NCBI GenBank assembly: GCA_963720755.1
Contig: CAVRGP010000011.1
Location: 903,979-967,978 of the forward strand
DNA from: an uncultured Chloroflexia bacterium
GTDB lineage: Bacteria > Chloroflexota > Limnocylindria > Limnocylindrales > CSP1-4
DNA: 64,000 nt
Reading direction: 5' to 3'
Under the pieces are notes generated by a model. The model was not told the origin of the DNA. It did not search any database and saw only the letters and a program-made list of their open reading frames with translations. A program made the translations under genes and the position numbers. Positions 21,073 to 31,409 of the stretch are shown in pieces (within the stretch, counting starts at the first letter, position 1; the number at the start of each line of letters is the position of its first letter).

Positions 21073-23418
21073 ATGGCGACACGCCGCCGATCGACGGCCA
21101 GCAAGACGCCTGCTCGTCCGTCACGGGCCCGACGCAAGGCCACCTGGAGCTCGCGGATCACGCCGGAGGTCGTCCGATCGCTCATCGGACTGACGCTCCT
21201 CGTGCTCGGAGCGATGACCCTGATCGCCCTGGCGCTCCCCGGTCAGGGCGCGCTGACCAGCTGGTGGACCGGTGTCTTCGCGCCATGGTTCGGGGCGATG
21301 CGCTGGCTCCTGCCGTTCCTGATGCTTGCGGCTGGGTGGTGGCTCGAATGGGGCCCGGGCACGCGTCCGGGATCCGGATGGGGGATCACCCTCGTCGGCC
21401 TGTGTATCGCCTACGCGGGCGTCCTTGGTGCGGCCCAGGTCGTCGGGTTCAGCAGTGGGCGCATCGGTCGAGCCCTTGCCGGGCCCGCGAGCGATCTCTT
21501 CACCCCGTTGGGGGCCTTCATCCTGCTCCTCGCCCTGGCGCTTGTCGGCATCATCGTCGGGTTCGGGATCCCACTCCGGCAGCTGACCCGGCCGGCCGTC
21601 GGGACGGCGCGCTGGATGGGGACGACCGCAGCGGCCTCGCTCCGTCGAGATCCAGCGGACTCCGGCACCGTCCCGCCGGCCAAGTCGCCGGTTGCGGTGC
21701 CGGTGGCATCCGACGCCCGGGGCCGGTCGAACGGCAAGCCCGTTGGTGCGACCCCATCGCCAGGTCAGACGGGCGTCTGGGGCAACAATTCGAGCAGCGC
21801 GATCCCGGCGGCCGTTCCCAGCGTCGCGCCGAATTCGGCCACCTTCGCACCAGCCCGAACGGGAGTCGCGGCGTCGGCCACGCTCGTCGCTCCCCGGCCC
21901 GAGCGCGACCCCGACGATGTCACCGATGCCGCCGACTCACCCCCGACGAAGGACCGGATCGACTACGTCCTGCCGCCGCTCACGACCCTCGACGACATCG
22001 CGGTGCCGATCGCTGCCGGCGGCGACGAGGCGGCCCACCAGCGCAACGAGGAGATCATCGTCAAGAAGCTGGCCGGCTTCGGGATCCCGGCCAGGATCGA
22101 GACGCGAAACGCCGGTCCGGTCGTCACCCAGTACGAAGTCCAGCCTGCGCCCGACATCAAGGTGAGCCGGATCGAGGCATTGTCGGACGACCTGGCGATG
22201 GCCCTGGCCGCCCGGTCCCTCCGGATCGAGGCGCCGATCCCGGGCAAGAGCGCAGTCGGGATCGAGATCCCCAACAAGGACTTCAACATCGTCGCCCTCC
22301 GCCGGATCCTCGAGGAGGTCGACTTCAAGGGATCGGGTTCGACCCTGACCTTCGCCCTCGGCCGGGATGTCGCCGGCAAGGCCCAGGCGGTCGACCTGGC
22401 GAAGATGCCGCACCTGCTCATCGCCGGGGCGACCGGGTCGGGCAAGAGCGTGATGGTCAACGCGCTGATCACCAGCCTCCTGTGCGAGGCGACCCCGGAC
22501 GACGTGCGGATGATCCTGATGGACCTCAAGCGGGTCGAGCTGGCCGCCTACAACGGGTTGCCCCACCTGCTCGTCCCGGTCATCACCGAGCCCGAGCGGG
22601 CCAAGGCGGCGCTCAAGTGGGCGGTCAACGAGATGGAGGCGCGCTACCGACGGCTGGCCGGCGCGACGGCCCGTAACATCCGCGCATTCAACGAGACGCG
22701 GGTGGATCCGGACGATCGGATGCCCTATATCGTGATCATCATCGACGAGCTCGCCGACCTGATGATGCGCGAGGGCAAGAACGTCGAGGACCCCATCGTC
22801 CGACTCGCCCAGAAGGCCCGGGCCACCGGGATCCACATGGTCCTCGCGACGCAACGGCCGTCGGTCAACGTGGTCACCGGCCTGATCAAGGCCAACTTCC
22901 CGAGCCGGATCGCCTTCGCGATGGCGTCCCAGATCGACTCCCGTACGATCCTCGATGCGCCGGGCGCCGAGGACCTGATCGGGCGGGGCGACATGCTCTA
23001 CCAGCCGTCGGACCTGCCCCGGCCGATGCGCCTGCAGGGCGTGTTCGTGTCGGACGCGGAGATCGCCCGGGTCGTCGAGCATTGGAAGGGCCAGATCGAG
23101 GATCCGCACTACGACATGGGCATCATCGACACCGGCGACGAAGGGACCGGTTCGACCGACGACCTGGCCGACGAGGAAGCGGATCGGTTGCTGCCGGATG
23201 CCGTGGAGGTGATTCGGGAGTACGATCGGGCCTCAGCGTCGCTCCTCCAGCGCCGCCTCAAGGTCGGCTATGCGCGAGCCGCCCGGATGATCGACCAGCT
23301 GGAGGCGCGTGGGTACATCGGTGCCTTCGATGGCTCCAATGCCCGACCGGTCCTGCGACGCGATGAGACGACGGGGTCGACCGGGGCCGACGAGGACCCC
23401 GATGGGGACGACGGATGA
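21073..23418 (+). CDS. ftsK: DNA translocase FtsK/SpoIIIE
   Basis: N-terminal TMs, PHLLIAGATGSGKS, IIDELADLM, ATQRPS, gamma domain LQRRLKVGYARAAR. Confidence 0.96.
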   Translation: MATRRRSTASKTPARPSRARRKATWSSRITPEVVRSLIGLTLLVLGAMTLIALALPGQGALTSWWTGVFAPWFGAMRWLLPFLMLAAGWWLEWGPGTRPGSGWGITLVGLCIAYAGVLGAAQVVGFSSGRIGRALAGPASDLFTPLGAFILLLALALVGIIVGFGIPLRQLTRPAVGTARWMGTTAAASLRRDPADSGTVPPAKSPVAVPVASDARGRSNGKPVGATPSPGQTGVWGNNSSSAIPAAVPSVAPNSATFAPARTGVAASATLVAPRPERDPDDVTDAADSPPTKDRIDYVLPPLTTLDDIAVPIAAGGDEAAHQRNEEIIVKKLAGFGIPARIETRNAGPVVTQYEVQPAPDIKVSRIEALSDDLAMALAARSLRIEAPIPGKSAVGIEIPNKDFNIVALRRILEEVDFKGSGSTLTFALGRDVAGKAQAVDLAKMPHLLIAGATGSGKSVMVNALITSLLCEATPDDVRMILMDLKRVELAAYNGLPHLLVPVITEPERAKAALKWAVNEMEARYRRLAGATARNIRAFNETRVDPDDRMPYIVIIIDELADLMMREGKNVEDPIVRLAQKARATGIHMVLATQRPSVNVVTGLIKANFPSRIAFAMASQIDSRTILDAPGAEDLIGRGDMLYQPSDLPRPMRLQGVFVSDAEIARVVEHWKGQIEDPHYDMGIIDTGDEGTGSTDDLADEEADRLLPDAVEVIREYDRASASLLQRRLKVGYARAARMIDQLEARGYIGAFDGSNARPVLRRDETTGSTGADEDPDGDDG

Positions 23419-24782
23419 CGACTCGTGAACAGCTCAAGCGGGTGACCCGTGCCGATCGAGGTGATGCAGGCCGCATCACGATCGATGAACCGGGTCCGAC
23501 ACTGCCCGAGCGCCTCTATGCAGCGCGCGAACGCAAGGGTGTCGACCTGTATCGGGCCGAGCGCGACACCAAGATCCGGGCGCGCTACCTGGGTGCGTTG
23601 GAGCGAGGCGATTACAAGGACCTGCCGGGCGCCGTCTACACCAAGGGGTTCCTCCGCAACTACGCGTTATATCTGGGGCTGGATCCCGATGACGTGCTGC
23701 TGCAATGGCGGCGCGAGCGGGGCGAGGCGAAGGATCAGCCGCCGCCCATCGCCGTCCCGAAGCCGATCGCGGCCCCACGAAAGGGCCTGACGTTCTCGCC
23801 AGGTCTCGTCGTGGCGGCGCTCCTGACCGTCGCCATCGTCGCGTTCGGCGCCTACCTTGGCGTCCAGATCCTGCGCTTCGCCAAGCCGCCGACCATCGCG
23901 GTGACCCAGCCGGCGACGGCGGTCGTCGACGTTCCCGACTCCACGACCCGCTACACCTTGTCTGGCACGACCCAGCCAGGAGCGACCGTCTCCATCCTCA
24001 CCCCCGGGCATGATCCGTTCCTGGTCACGGCGACCTCCGATGGTGCCTGGGCATACGACGTCGACCTCCGGCGTGGGCGGAACCAGTTCGACGTCAGTGC
24101 GCTGGATCCGGACACGGGCAAGCACTCCGAAGAGACCCTTCGGCTGTTCATCACCGTGCCCTTCCTCGTCACCGAGGCCCCGACCCTGACGGTCGATCAG
24201 CCGTCCGAGGGCGCGACCTTCGAGAACGGGGCGATCCCGGTCGCCGGGACCGCGACCAATGCCGACGCCGTCGCCATATCCGCCGCCTATCTCGGGCCGT
24301 CCGATCCGTCTCCGGTCAAGGGTGGCGCGACGCCTGCCCCGCCGACCATCCCGGCCGCGCAGACCGTAGCCGTCGATCCCGACGGTACCTACAACACGCC
24401 GCTTGAACTCACGGCCGGCCGCTGGGCGGTGACGGTGACGGCCTCGAGCAGCGAAGGCAAGACCGCCTCCCTCACCCGGAACGTGACGGTCGTCTATAAG
24501 GGCGTGAATCTCACCGTGGCGATCAAGGGCGGCCGAGCGTGGATCAAGGTCTGGGTGGACGGTCAACTGGCCCCGAAGATCGGTGCCGCCGGGCAGGTCG
24601 TCTCACCTGGGACCACCCTGACGTTCAGCGGCAAGGATTCGGTCGAGGTCAGGACCGGTTCGTCCGGTGTCACGTACTTCACCCTGAACGGCACCTCGCT
24701 GGGCGCGCTCGGTAAGTCGGGCACCCCGGAAACGTGGTTGTTCGCGCCACCCAACGACCCGGTCAAGACACAACGGCGCTAG
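23415..24782 (+). CDS. rodZ: RodZ-like protein (HTH, TM, Ig-like repeats, DUF4115-like C-terminus)
   Basis: TKIRARYLGALERGDY.DLPGAVYTKGFLRNYA, single TM, beta-rich ectodomain. Confidence 0.82.
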   Translation: MTTREQLKRVTRADRGDAGRITIDEPGPTLPERLYAARERKGVDLYRAERDTKIRARYLGALERGDYKDLPGAVYTKGFLRNYALYLGLDPDDVLLQWRRERGEAKDQPPPIAVPKPIAAPRKGLTFSPGLVVAALLTVAIVAFGAYLGVQILRFAKPPTIAVTQPATAVVDVPDSTTRYTLSGTTQPGATVSILTPGHDPFLVTATSDGAWAYDVDLRRGRNQFDVSALDPDTGKHSEETLRLFITVPFLVTEAPTLTVDQPSEGATFENGAIPVAGTATNADAVAISAAYLGPSDPSPVKGGATPAPPTIPAAQTVAVDPDGTYNTPLELTAGRWAVTVTASSSEGKTASLTRNVTVVYKGVNLTVAIKGGRAWIKVWVDGQLAPKIGAAGQVVSPGTTLTFSGKDSVEVRTGSSGVTYFTLNGTSLGALGKSGTPETWLFAPPNDPVKTQRR

Positions 24783-24784
24783 CG

Positions 24785-25300
24785 GTGACGGAGGACCCGC
24801 TGGTCATCCTCGCCGGCCGCCTCGGATCGGCGTGTCTCGCCCATTCGGTGACGGTCGCGACCGTCGAATCCTGTACCGGCGGACTGGTCGGACACGTGAT
24901 CACCGAGAACCCTGGCTCGAGTGCCTGGTACGTCGGCGGGTTCGTGACGTATTCGAACGCGTTGAAGGAGGCGATGGTCGGGGTGCCTGCGGAGGTGCTC
25001 GCGTTCCACGGTGCGGTTTCGGCGCAGACTGCGATGGCGATGGCATCCGGCGGTCGTGAGCGGACCTCGGCGGACCTGGTGGTCGCGGTGACCGGCATCG
25101 CCGGGCCGGACGGGGGCACCGACGAGAAACCCATCGGACTGACCTACGTCGCGGTCGCGGACGCGGTGGGACTCGAGGTTCGGCGACATCAGTGGGTCGG
25201 CGATCGCGAAGCGAACAAGCGGGCGAGTGCGACCGCCGTCCTAGAACTCCTGCTGGAGCGGGTCGACGCGATCGGTCAGACGGTCCCGGGTCAGGCGTGA
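24785..25300 (+). CDS. cinA: CinA C-terminal domain (NMN deamidase, PncC)
   Basis: ESCTGG, PGSSAW, HGAVS, TGIAGPDGG. Confidence 0.9.
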   Translation: MTEDPLVILAGRLGSACLAHSVTVATVESCTGGLVGHVITENPGSSAWYVGGFVTYSNALKEAMVGVPAEVLAFHGAVSAQTAMAMASGGRERTSADLVVAVTGIAGPDGGTDEKPIGLTYVAVADAVGLEVRRHQWVGDREANKRASATAVLELLLERVDAIGQTVPGQA

Positions 25301-26850
25301 CCGACGCCGCAGAACGCATCTCTGCCGGTCTCAGACCGGTCCGGGCGCCACGGGCGATCCGATCCGGCGAGCGGATCCACATCGTGGGCATCTCGGGGGC
25401 CGGAGCGAGCGCGGCGGCACTGCTGGCACAGCGGGCCGGGGCGACGGTCGACGGGTGCGACCGGGACGGCCCGTCCCGCTATACGGTGGCGTTGGACGCG
25501 CTGGGGATCCCGATCGCGACGGGTCACGACGCCGCCCACGTCGCCCGGACGCCGCCCCTCGACCGGATGGCCGTTACCAAGGCGCTGACCGCGATCGATC
25601 CCGATCATCCTGAATTGGCGGCCGCGCGCGCTGCCGGGATCGCGATCGAACCGTGGCAACAGGTCGTTGCCGATGCCGCGACCGGACGCACCCTTGTCGG
25701 TGTGGCCGGGACGCACGGAAAGTCGACGACCGCAGGCTGGCTGACCCACGTCCTGGTCGACGTCGGCCGTGATCCATCGGCGTTCGTGGGGGCGCTCCTC
25801 CCGTCGTCGATCACCGATGGCGCTCCGGCGACGGCACGGTGGGGTTCGGGGGACCTGTTCATCGTCGAGGCCGACGAGTACGCGGGCAACTTCGACCCGT
25901 ACGTTCCCCGATGTGCGGTCTTGACCAGCGCGGAGTGGGATCACCCCGACGTCTTTCCCGATGCAGCGTCGGTGACCGAGGCATTCGCGACCTGGCTGCG
26001 ACGGATGCCCGATGGGGCCACCATCGTCGCCAACATCGGGGACCCGGGTGTCGAGGCGGTCGTCGACCGCCTTCGCGATCGACGGATCAACGTGGCTGCC
26101 TATGCCCTGGTCGAGGCGTCGCCGCAGCGGGGCGGATATCTGCGCGGCATCCGCGAACGGTTCGCGACGGCGGCCGGACCGGCCAGTGCGATCCTCGGGC
26201 GGATCAGTACGACCGATCCTGACGGGACGACGCTGGAGGTGTTCGGTCTGGACGAGTTGACCGGCGGCATCACCCTTCGCGTCTCGACTGCGGGTCGCCA
26301 CAACGCCGCCAATGCCCTGGCGGTCGCGGCGACGGCCTCCTGTCTGGGCGTTGAGGCGGATGGGCTGATCGCCGGCATCGCCTCGTTCACCGGAGTGGGC
26401 CGCCGACTCGAGCGCAAGGGAGAAGCCGGCGGCGTCGTGGTGTACGACGACTACGGGCACCATCCGACCGCCATCCGCGAAACACTCCTGGCGGTCCGGC
26501 AGCGCGAACCGGGGCGACGCCTGTGGGCCGTCTACGAGCCGCTGACGTTCGCCCGAACGGCGGCGATGCTGGACGCGTTCGCCGACGCGCTGGCCGGAGC
26601 GGATGCGGTCGCCGTGGCGGACATCTTCGCCGGGCGCGACCTCGATCTGACCGTGACCTCGGCGCGGGCACTCGCCGACGCCGTCCGGATTCGCAGGCCT
26701 GACGCCTCGGTCCTTGCACCCGGGTCGGTCGAGTCGACCGCGGACGCGCTCGCGGCGACGGTCGAACCCGGCGACGCCGTGCTGGTGATGGGCGGCGGCC
26801 GCTCGTACGTGATCGGGGAGCAGCTGTTGCGGCGATTGGAGGAGCGATGA
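25297..26850 (+). CDS. murC: UDP-N-acetylmuramate--L-alanine ligase
   Basis: HIVGISGAG, AGTHGKSTT, VEADEY, GVGRRLE, DDYGHHPT. Confidence 0.9.
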   Translation: MTDAAERISAGLRPVRAPRAIRSGERIHIVGISGAGASAAALLAQRAGATVDGCDRDGPSRYTVALDALGIPIATGHDAAHVARTPPLDRMAVTKALTAIDPDHPELAAARAAGIAIEPWQQVVADAATGRTLVGVAGTHGKSTTAGWLTHVLVDVGRDPSAFVGALLPSSITDGAPATARWGSGDLFIVEADEYAGNFDPYVPRCAVLTSAEWDHPDVFPDAASVTEAFATWLRRMPDGATIVANIGDPGVEAVVDRLRDRRINVAAYALVEASPQRGGYLRGIRERFATAAGPASAILGRISTTDPDGTTLEVFGLDELTGGITLRVSTAGRHNAANALAVAATASCLGVEADGLIAGIASFTGVGRRLERKGEAGGVVVYDDYGHHPTAIRETLLAVRQREPGRRLWAVYEPLTFARTAAMLDAFADALAGADAVAVADIFAGRDLDLTVTSARALADAVRIRRPDASVLAPGSVESTADALAATVEPGDAVLVMGGGRSYVIGEQLLRRLEER

Positions 26851-27237
26851 CGATCGACTACGCGGCCGGCGGCGAACTGCTCGAAGCCTACGGTCGAGCC
26901 TGGGAGGCATTTCGACGGCGATGGCTGGGTGGCCCTGTTCACCGAGGATGCCGAGTACCATGGAAACCCGTTCGATGCACCACTCGTCGGACACAATGCT
27001 CTCCGCTCGTTCCTGCTCGAGTCGGCTGCAAGCCAGCGGGACGTGGTGTTCACTGTCGAACGCCACTGGGTCTCGGGCGCGACGGTTCTTGCGGCCTGGC
27101 ACGCTTCGTGGGTCGATCGAACCGATGGAGCGGTCGGCAGGAGCGCGGGCTTCCTCACGGCGGAGGTGGCAGACGATGGCCGGATCCGTCGGTTCCGGGA
27201 GTGGTGGATGATGGCGCCGCGACCAGCGGCGGGGTAG
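26847..27237 (+). pseudogene. SnoaL/NTF2-family protein with one frameshift at ~26910
   Basis: LLEAYGRAWEAF continues as DGDGWVALFTEDAEY...FREWW if one T of TTT (26910-12) is removed; may be an assembly error. Confidence 0.75.
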
Positions 27238-27251
27238 GGAAAGGGGGATCG

Positions 27252-27743
27252 ATGGCTGGGGATCAGTCGTTCGACGTGGTCAGCGACTTCGACGAACAGG
27301 AACTGCGGAATGCGCTCGATCAGGTTCGGAGGGAAGTCGGCACGCGCTTCGATTTCAAGGGCGTGACGGTCGACCTGACCCAGGCCAAGGATGAGATCGT
27401 CCTGATCACGGACGACGAATACCGTGCGGCAGCCGTCAAGGACCTCATCGAGTCGAAGGCGATCCGTCGCAGCCTGTCCCTCAAGATCTTCGACTGGGGC
27501 AAGGTCGAGGAGGCCGGCGGCAACAAGGTCCGGCAACGGATCGGGCTGCGTCGCGGACTGTCCGATGAGATCGCCAAGAAGATCACCAGGCTCATCCGGG
27601 ATGAATTCCCGAAGGTGAAGTCGCAGATCCAGGGCGATGCCGTGCGTGTCTCGGGCAAGAGCCGGGACGATCTCCAGCGGGTCATCACGCGACTGCGCGA
27701 CCTGGATCTGCCAGTCCCGTTGCAGTTCGAGAACTACCGCTGA
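27252..27743 (+). CDS. yajQ: YajQ family nucleotide-binding protein
   Basis: SFDVVS, RFDFKG, QIQGDAVRVSGKSRDDLQ, PLQFENYR. Confidence 0.96.
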   Translation: MAGDQSFDVVSDFDEQELRNALDQVRREVGTRFDFKGVTVDLTQAKDEIVLITDDEYRAAAVKDLIESKAIRRSLSLKIFDWGKVEEAGGNKVRQRIGLRRGLSDEIAKKITRLIRDEFPKVKSQIQGDAVRVSGKSRDDLQRVITRLRDLDLPVPLQFENYR

Positions 27744-27788
27744 TCCGTCCGACGCTGGACCACCACCGACCGAAGGAGCGCAGTCGCC

Positions 27789-29627
27789 TTGACCGAGCTC
27801 GATCCCACGCAATCACCTGCCGTCCGACCACCCGAACAAGCGCCAATGACGGAACAAGCGGTCGCGGACACGCCACCGATCGACGCGCGAGAGGAAGCGG
27901 GCGAGCCTGACGCGACCGAACCCCAGACGACCGAACCCGAGGACAGCCCGGTCGACGACCAGTCTCCGATCGTGCCTCCGACCGTCGGCCGTTTCATCGC
28001 CGACGCGCTCCGTGCGGCCGGCGTCCGTTACGCATTCACCGTGCCGGGCGAGTCGTTCCTTGGCCTCCTGGACGCATTCGAAGACGCCGGGATCCGGGTG
28101 ATCTCCACCCACCACGAGGGAGCAGCGGCATTCATGGCTGAGGCGCACGGGCAGTTGACCGGCCGGCCCGCAGTCTGTCTCGGGACCCGCGCGGTCGGTG
28201 GCGCGAACCTGGCGATCGGGATCCACACGGCACGCCAGGACTCGACCCCGATGTTCGTGGCGGTCGGCCAGGTCGAGCGCAGCCTGAAGGGTCGCGAAGC
28301 GTTCCAGGAGATCGACCAGGTCGGGAGTCTCGGCAGATTGGCGAAGTGGGCAGTGGAACCGACGTCTGCCTCGGAGGTCAGCGGAGTGATGGCCGAGGCG
28401 ACCCGTCAGGCGCTGACTGGCCGGCCCGGCCCGGTCCTCCTCTCGCTCCCGGAAGACCTGCTCGACGAACCGATGCCGGCGGACTCGACGGCGTCAGCCG
28501 CCAGACCACCGACACCGCGCGCGACCGACGAAGCGATCCGCGCCGTCATCGAGCTGCTCGCGTCGGCGGAGCGCCCGGTCATCCTCGCAGGTGGCGGGAT
28601 CCTGCGCGCACGGACCTCGACCGAGCTCACTCGCTTCGCCGAGTTGCTCCAGGTCCCGGTCATCGCTGCGTGGCGACGAGCCGACGTGATCTCCAACGAC
28701 AACCTGCTCTTCCTCGGGATGACGGGGTTCGGAGCGCCACGGAGCGTCCGTGCGCGACTCGACGCTGCCGATGCGATGCTCGTGATCGGGTGCCGCCTCA
28801 ACGAGCCGACGACCTACCGCTACGCCGTTCCGCGTCCCGGGCTGCGCTGGGCTCATGTCGATCTGGAGCCGGCCGGAGCCGATCGCCCGGAGAGCCCCGA
28901 ACTCACCGTCGCCGCGGATGCCAAGGCGTTCCTGAAGGCGGCCAACGACCGCCTGGTCAACCGGGCCGTCCTGGACGCCGCCCGGGTGGCCACCCGGCAG
29001 GAGCACAACCGCGCCGACCGGGCCGAGTGGGAGGCGGCGTCGGTCGTCGACGCACAGCCGTGGGATGGTCCGGGTGTCCATCCGGGTCGGGTCATCGCGA
29101 CGCTCCGCGACGTCCTGGCCGATGACGCGATCGTGACCACCGACGCGGGGAACTTCTCGAGCTGGGCGGGTCGGGGCTTTCGGTTCCGGCGCCCCGGCAC
29201 ATTCCTTGGCCCGACGTCGGGGTCCATGGGGTACGGCCTGCCGGCGGCGATCGCCGCAGCCCTGGTCCATCGCGACCGCTCCGTGGTGGCGCTCGTGGGC
29301 GATGGCGGGTTCGCGATGACGATGGCCGAACTGGAGACGGCGGTCCGGGTGGATGCGCGCGTCGTGGTGATCGTCTTCGACAACGAGCGCTACGGGACGA
29401 TCCGGATGTGGCAGGAACGACGCGGGACGGGTGTCGGGGTCGCGACGGACCTCGGACCGGTCGATCACGCGGCGATCGCTCGAGCCTGCGGTGCCCGCGG
29501 GATCAGGATCGACACCGACGCCGCGTTCGAGCCGGCGCTCCGGGCGGCCCTCGTGGCGGATCGACCGACGGTCCTGCAACTCACCGTTGACCGCGCATGG
29601 TTGTCGATCGACCAGACGCCGAGTTGA
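27789..29627 (+). CDS. Thiamine pyrophosphate-dependent enzyme (acetolactate synthase-like)
   Basis: VPGESFL, HEGAAAFMAEA, EAFQEID, GSMGYGLPAA, GDGGFAM...N. Confidence 0.9.
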   Translation: MTELDPTQSPAVRPPEQAPMTEQAVADTPPIDAREEAGEPDATEPQTTEPEDSPVDDQSPIVPPTVGRFIADALRAAGVRYAFTVPGESFLGLLDAFEDAGIRVISTHHEGAAAFMAEAHGQLTGRPAVCLGTRAVGGANLAIGIHTARQDSTPMFVAVGQVERSLKGREAFQEIDQVGSLGRLAKWAVEPTSASEVSGVMAEATRQALTGRPGPVLLSLPEDLLDEPMPADSTASAARPPTPRATDEAIRAVIELLASAERPVILAGGGILRARTSTELTRFAELLQVPVIAAWRRADVISNDNLLFLGMTGFGAPRSVRARLDAADAMLVIGCRLNEPTTYRYAVPRPGLRWAHVDLEPAGADRPESPELTVAADAKAFLKAANDRLVNRAVLDAARVATRQEHNRADRAEWEAASVVDAQPWDGPGVHPGRVIATLRDVLADDAIVTTDAGNFSSWAGRGFRFRRPGTFLGPTSGSMGYGLPAAIAAALVHRDRSVVALVGDGGFAMTMAELETAVRVDARVVVIVFDNERYGTIRMWQERRGTGVGVATDLGPVDHAAIARACGARGIRIDTDAAFEPALRAALVADRPTVLQLTVDRAWLSIDQTPS

Positions 29628-29989
29628 TGCAGACGACCTACCACCTCCTGCCGCTCGAGACGTGGACGGCTCGACTGGCCGGCCCACATCCGCGCGATCC
29701 GTATCGCGCCGAGTCGCTGGCGACCGAAGGGTTCATCCATTGCACCAACGGAAGCCAGGCACTCGGGCAAACGTTCGATCGGTACTACGCCTCGGATCCG
29801 CGACCGTTCGTGTGCCTGTCGATCGACCTCGACGCGCTCGATGTCGCCTGGCGATTCGACGACGCGAGGACTCCCTACCCGCACGTGTACGGCCCGATCG
29901 TCGACCACGCGATCGGGGCGACCTTCGATGTCGTCCGAGCCGCTGACGACCGGTTCGCGGGCCTGACACCGCGGTCGGACAGTCGCTGA
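29627..29989 (+). CDS. DUF952 family protein
   Basis: YRAESLATEGFIHC, YPHVYGPI; TGATG coupling. Confidence 0.85.
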   Translation: MQTTYHLLPLETWTARLAGPHPRDPYRAESLATEGFIHCTNGSQALGQTFDRYYASDPRPFVCLSIDLDALDVAWRFDDARTPYPHVYGPIVDHAIGATFDVVRAADDRFAGLTPRSDSR

Positions 29990-30001
29990 CGCGACCGACG
30001 G

Positions 30002-30856
30002 CTACGCCGGCGCGCGCCGACCGACAACCGAGAATGACAGCGGGATGCGGCCCCGCTCATCGGCCCGGACATCGGCGTGACCGCCCCACCAGTCGACCGG
30101 ATGCTCCGCCACACGTTCCAGCCGGAGATCGGCCCCGAGCAGGGCCGTGATGACCTCGCCGAGGGTCCACGGTCTAGCGAACTTCCAGCTCTGGTCGGAC
30201 TCGTCGACGGACAGTCGATCGATGTACTCGGGGGCCCAGCCCCGCGAGGCCTCGGCCCCGCCGAAGTAGTCGTAGTCGGTGACGACCCAGTGGCCTTCGG
30301 CGTCGGCATCGAACAGCCACTCGATCGGGTGTCCTTCGAAGAGCACGAACCGCCCGGCCGGGGCCAACAGTCGCGCGATGACGCGTGCCCAGGCATCGAG
30401 ATCGTGCAGCCACAGGAGTGAACCGCGACCTGTATAGACCAGGTCGGCGGTGCCGTCCAGGTCGTGCGGCGTGTCGAGGACGTCGGAAAGGATCCAGCGC
30501 GCCGGGGCACCGGTTGCGGTGCTCAACCGTTGCGCGAGTTCGAGCATCCTTGGACTGAAGTCGATGCCGACGACCTCATCGGCGCCGTGGTTCCAGAGCG
30601 ACAGGGTGTCACGTCCGGCGGCGCATTGGAGGTGGATCGCTCGCCGGCAGTTGCCCTGGAGGTTGCCGATCAGCTCGGTCTCGACACCGAACAGGTTGGT
30701 TCCGCCGGACCGGATGAGCGACACAGCCTCGTCGAACCAGCCCTCGTATCGCTCGGCCGCCTCGTCCCAGGCATCCCGGTTCGACCGGTGCATCCCTCGG
30801 ACGTCGAGGGACTCGCTCGGGCTCGGAGGGCGGATGAGCTGCCCGTCGGGGTCCAT
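30002..30856 (-). CDS. Class I SAM-dependent methyltransferase
   Basis: IHLQCAAGRDTLS, GIDFS, DLVYTG. Confidence 0.88.
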   Translation of the reverse strand: MDPDGQLIRPPSPSESLDVRGMHRSNRDAWDEAAERYEGWFDEAVSLIRSGGTNLFGVETELIGNLQGNCRRAIHLQCAAGRDTLSLWNHGADEVVGIDFSPRMLELAQRLSTATGAPARWILSDVLDTPHDLDGTADLVYTGRGSLLWLHDLDAWARVIARLLAPAGRFVLFEGHPIEWLFDADAEGHWVVTDYDYFGGAEASRGWAPEYIDRLSVDESDQSWKFARPWTLGEVITALLGADLRLERVAEHPVDWWGGHADVRADERGRIPLSFSVVGRRAPA

Positions 30857-30891
30857 CGTCTGAGAGTACCCCCTGGGCCCCGAGCTCTCGA

Positions 30892-31299
30892 TCAGAGCGA
30901 CTCCAGCCGGATCACCGGGATGACCCGGTCCGTCTTCGCTTCGTACTCCTTGAACGTCGGATGGAGCGCCGCGTGCTGGTCGTACAGGCGACGACGTTCG
31001 TCGCCCTCGACGACGTGCGCCCTGGCCCTGGTGGTCGTGCCGTCGACCTCCACGGTGACGTCGGGGTTCCTGACCAGGTTGTGGTACCAGGCGGGGTGCG
31101 TCGGGGCGCCACCCTTGGAGGCGACGACGATGAGGTCGTCGCCATCACGGGTGTAGGCGAGCGGTGCCTCTCGCGGTTGCCCGGACCGGGCGCCGATCGT
31201 GGTCAGGATCAGGACCTGACGGCCGAGCCAACGACCTTCGCTGGCGTGGCCGCCGTGCGCCCGGAGGTCGGCGATGAGATCGGTGTTGTAGTCGGACAT
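30892..31299 (-). CDS. Deazaflavin (F420)-dependent nitroreductase family protein
   Basis: LTTIGARSGQPR, VASKGGAPTHPAWYHNL, RVIPV. Confidence 0.9.
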   Translation of the reverse strand: MSDYNTDLIADLRAHGGHASEGRWLGRQVLILTTIGARSGQPREAPLAYTRDGDDLIVVASKGGAPTHPAWYHNLVRNPDVTVEVDGTTTRARAHVVEGDERRRLYDQHAALHPTFKEYEAKTDRVIPVIRLESL

Positions 31300-31350
31300 G
31301 TGCGCGGCTCCCAATTCGTGGGTCGTGTGCCGCCACCGTACCCAGATACT

Positions 31351-31364
31351 GTTGCGTAGTCAAC
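31351..31364. promoter_or_regulatory. Inverted repeat in divergent DDN/pirin promoter region
   Basis: GTTG-CGTAGT-CAAC in a locally AT-rich spacer. Confidence 0.4.
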
Positions 31365-31409
31365 TACTGGTCTGGTATGCTTCGCCGGTTCGTAGCACCC
31401 GAGGAACCC

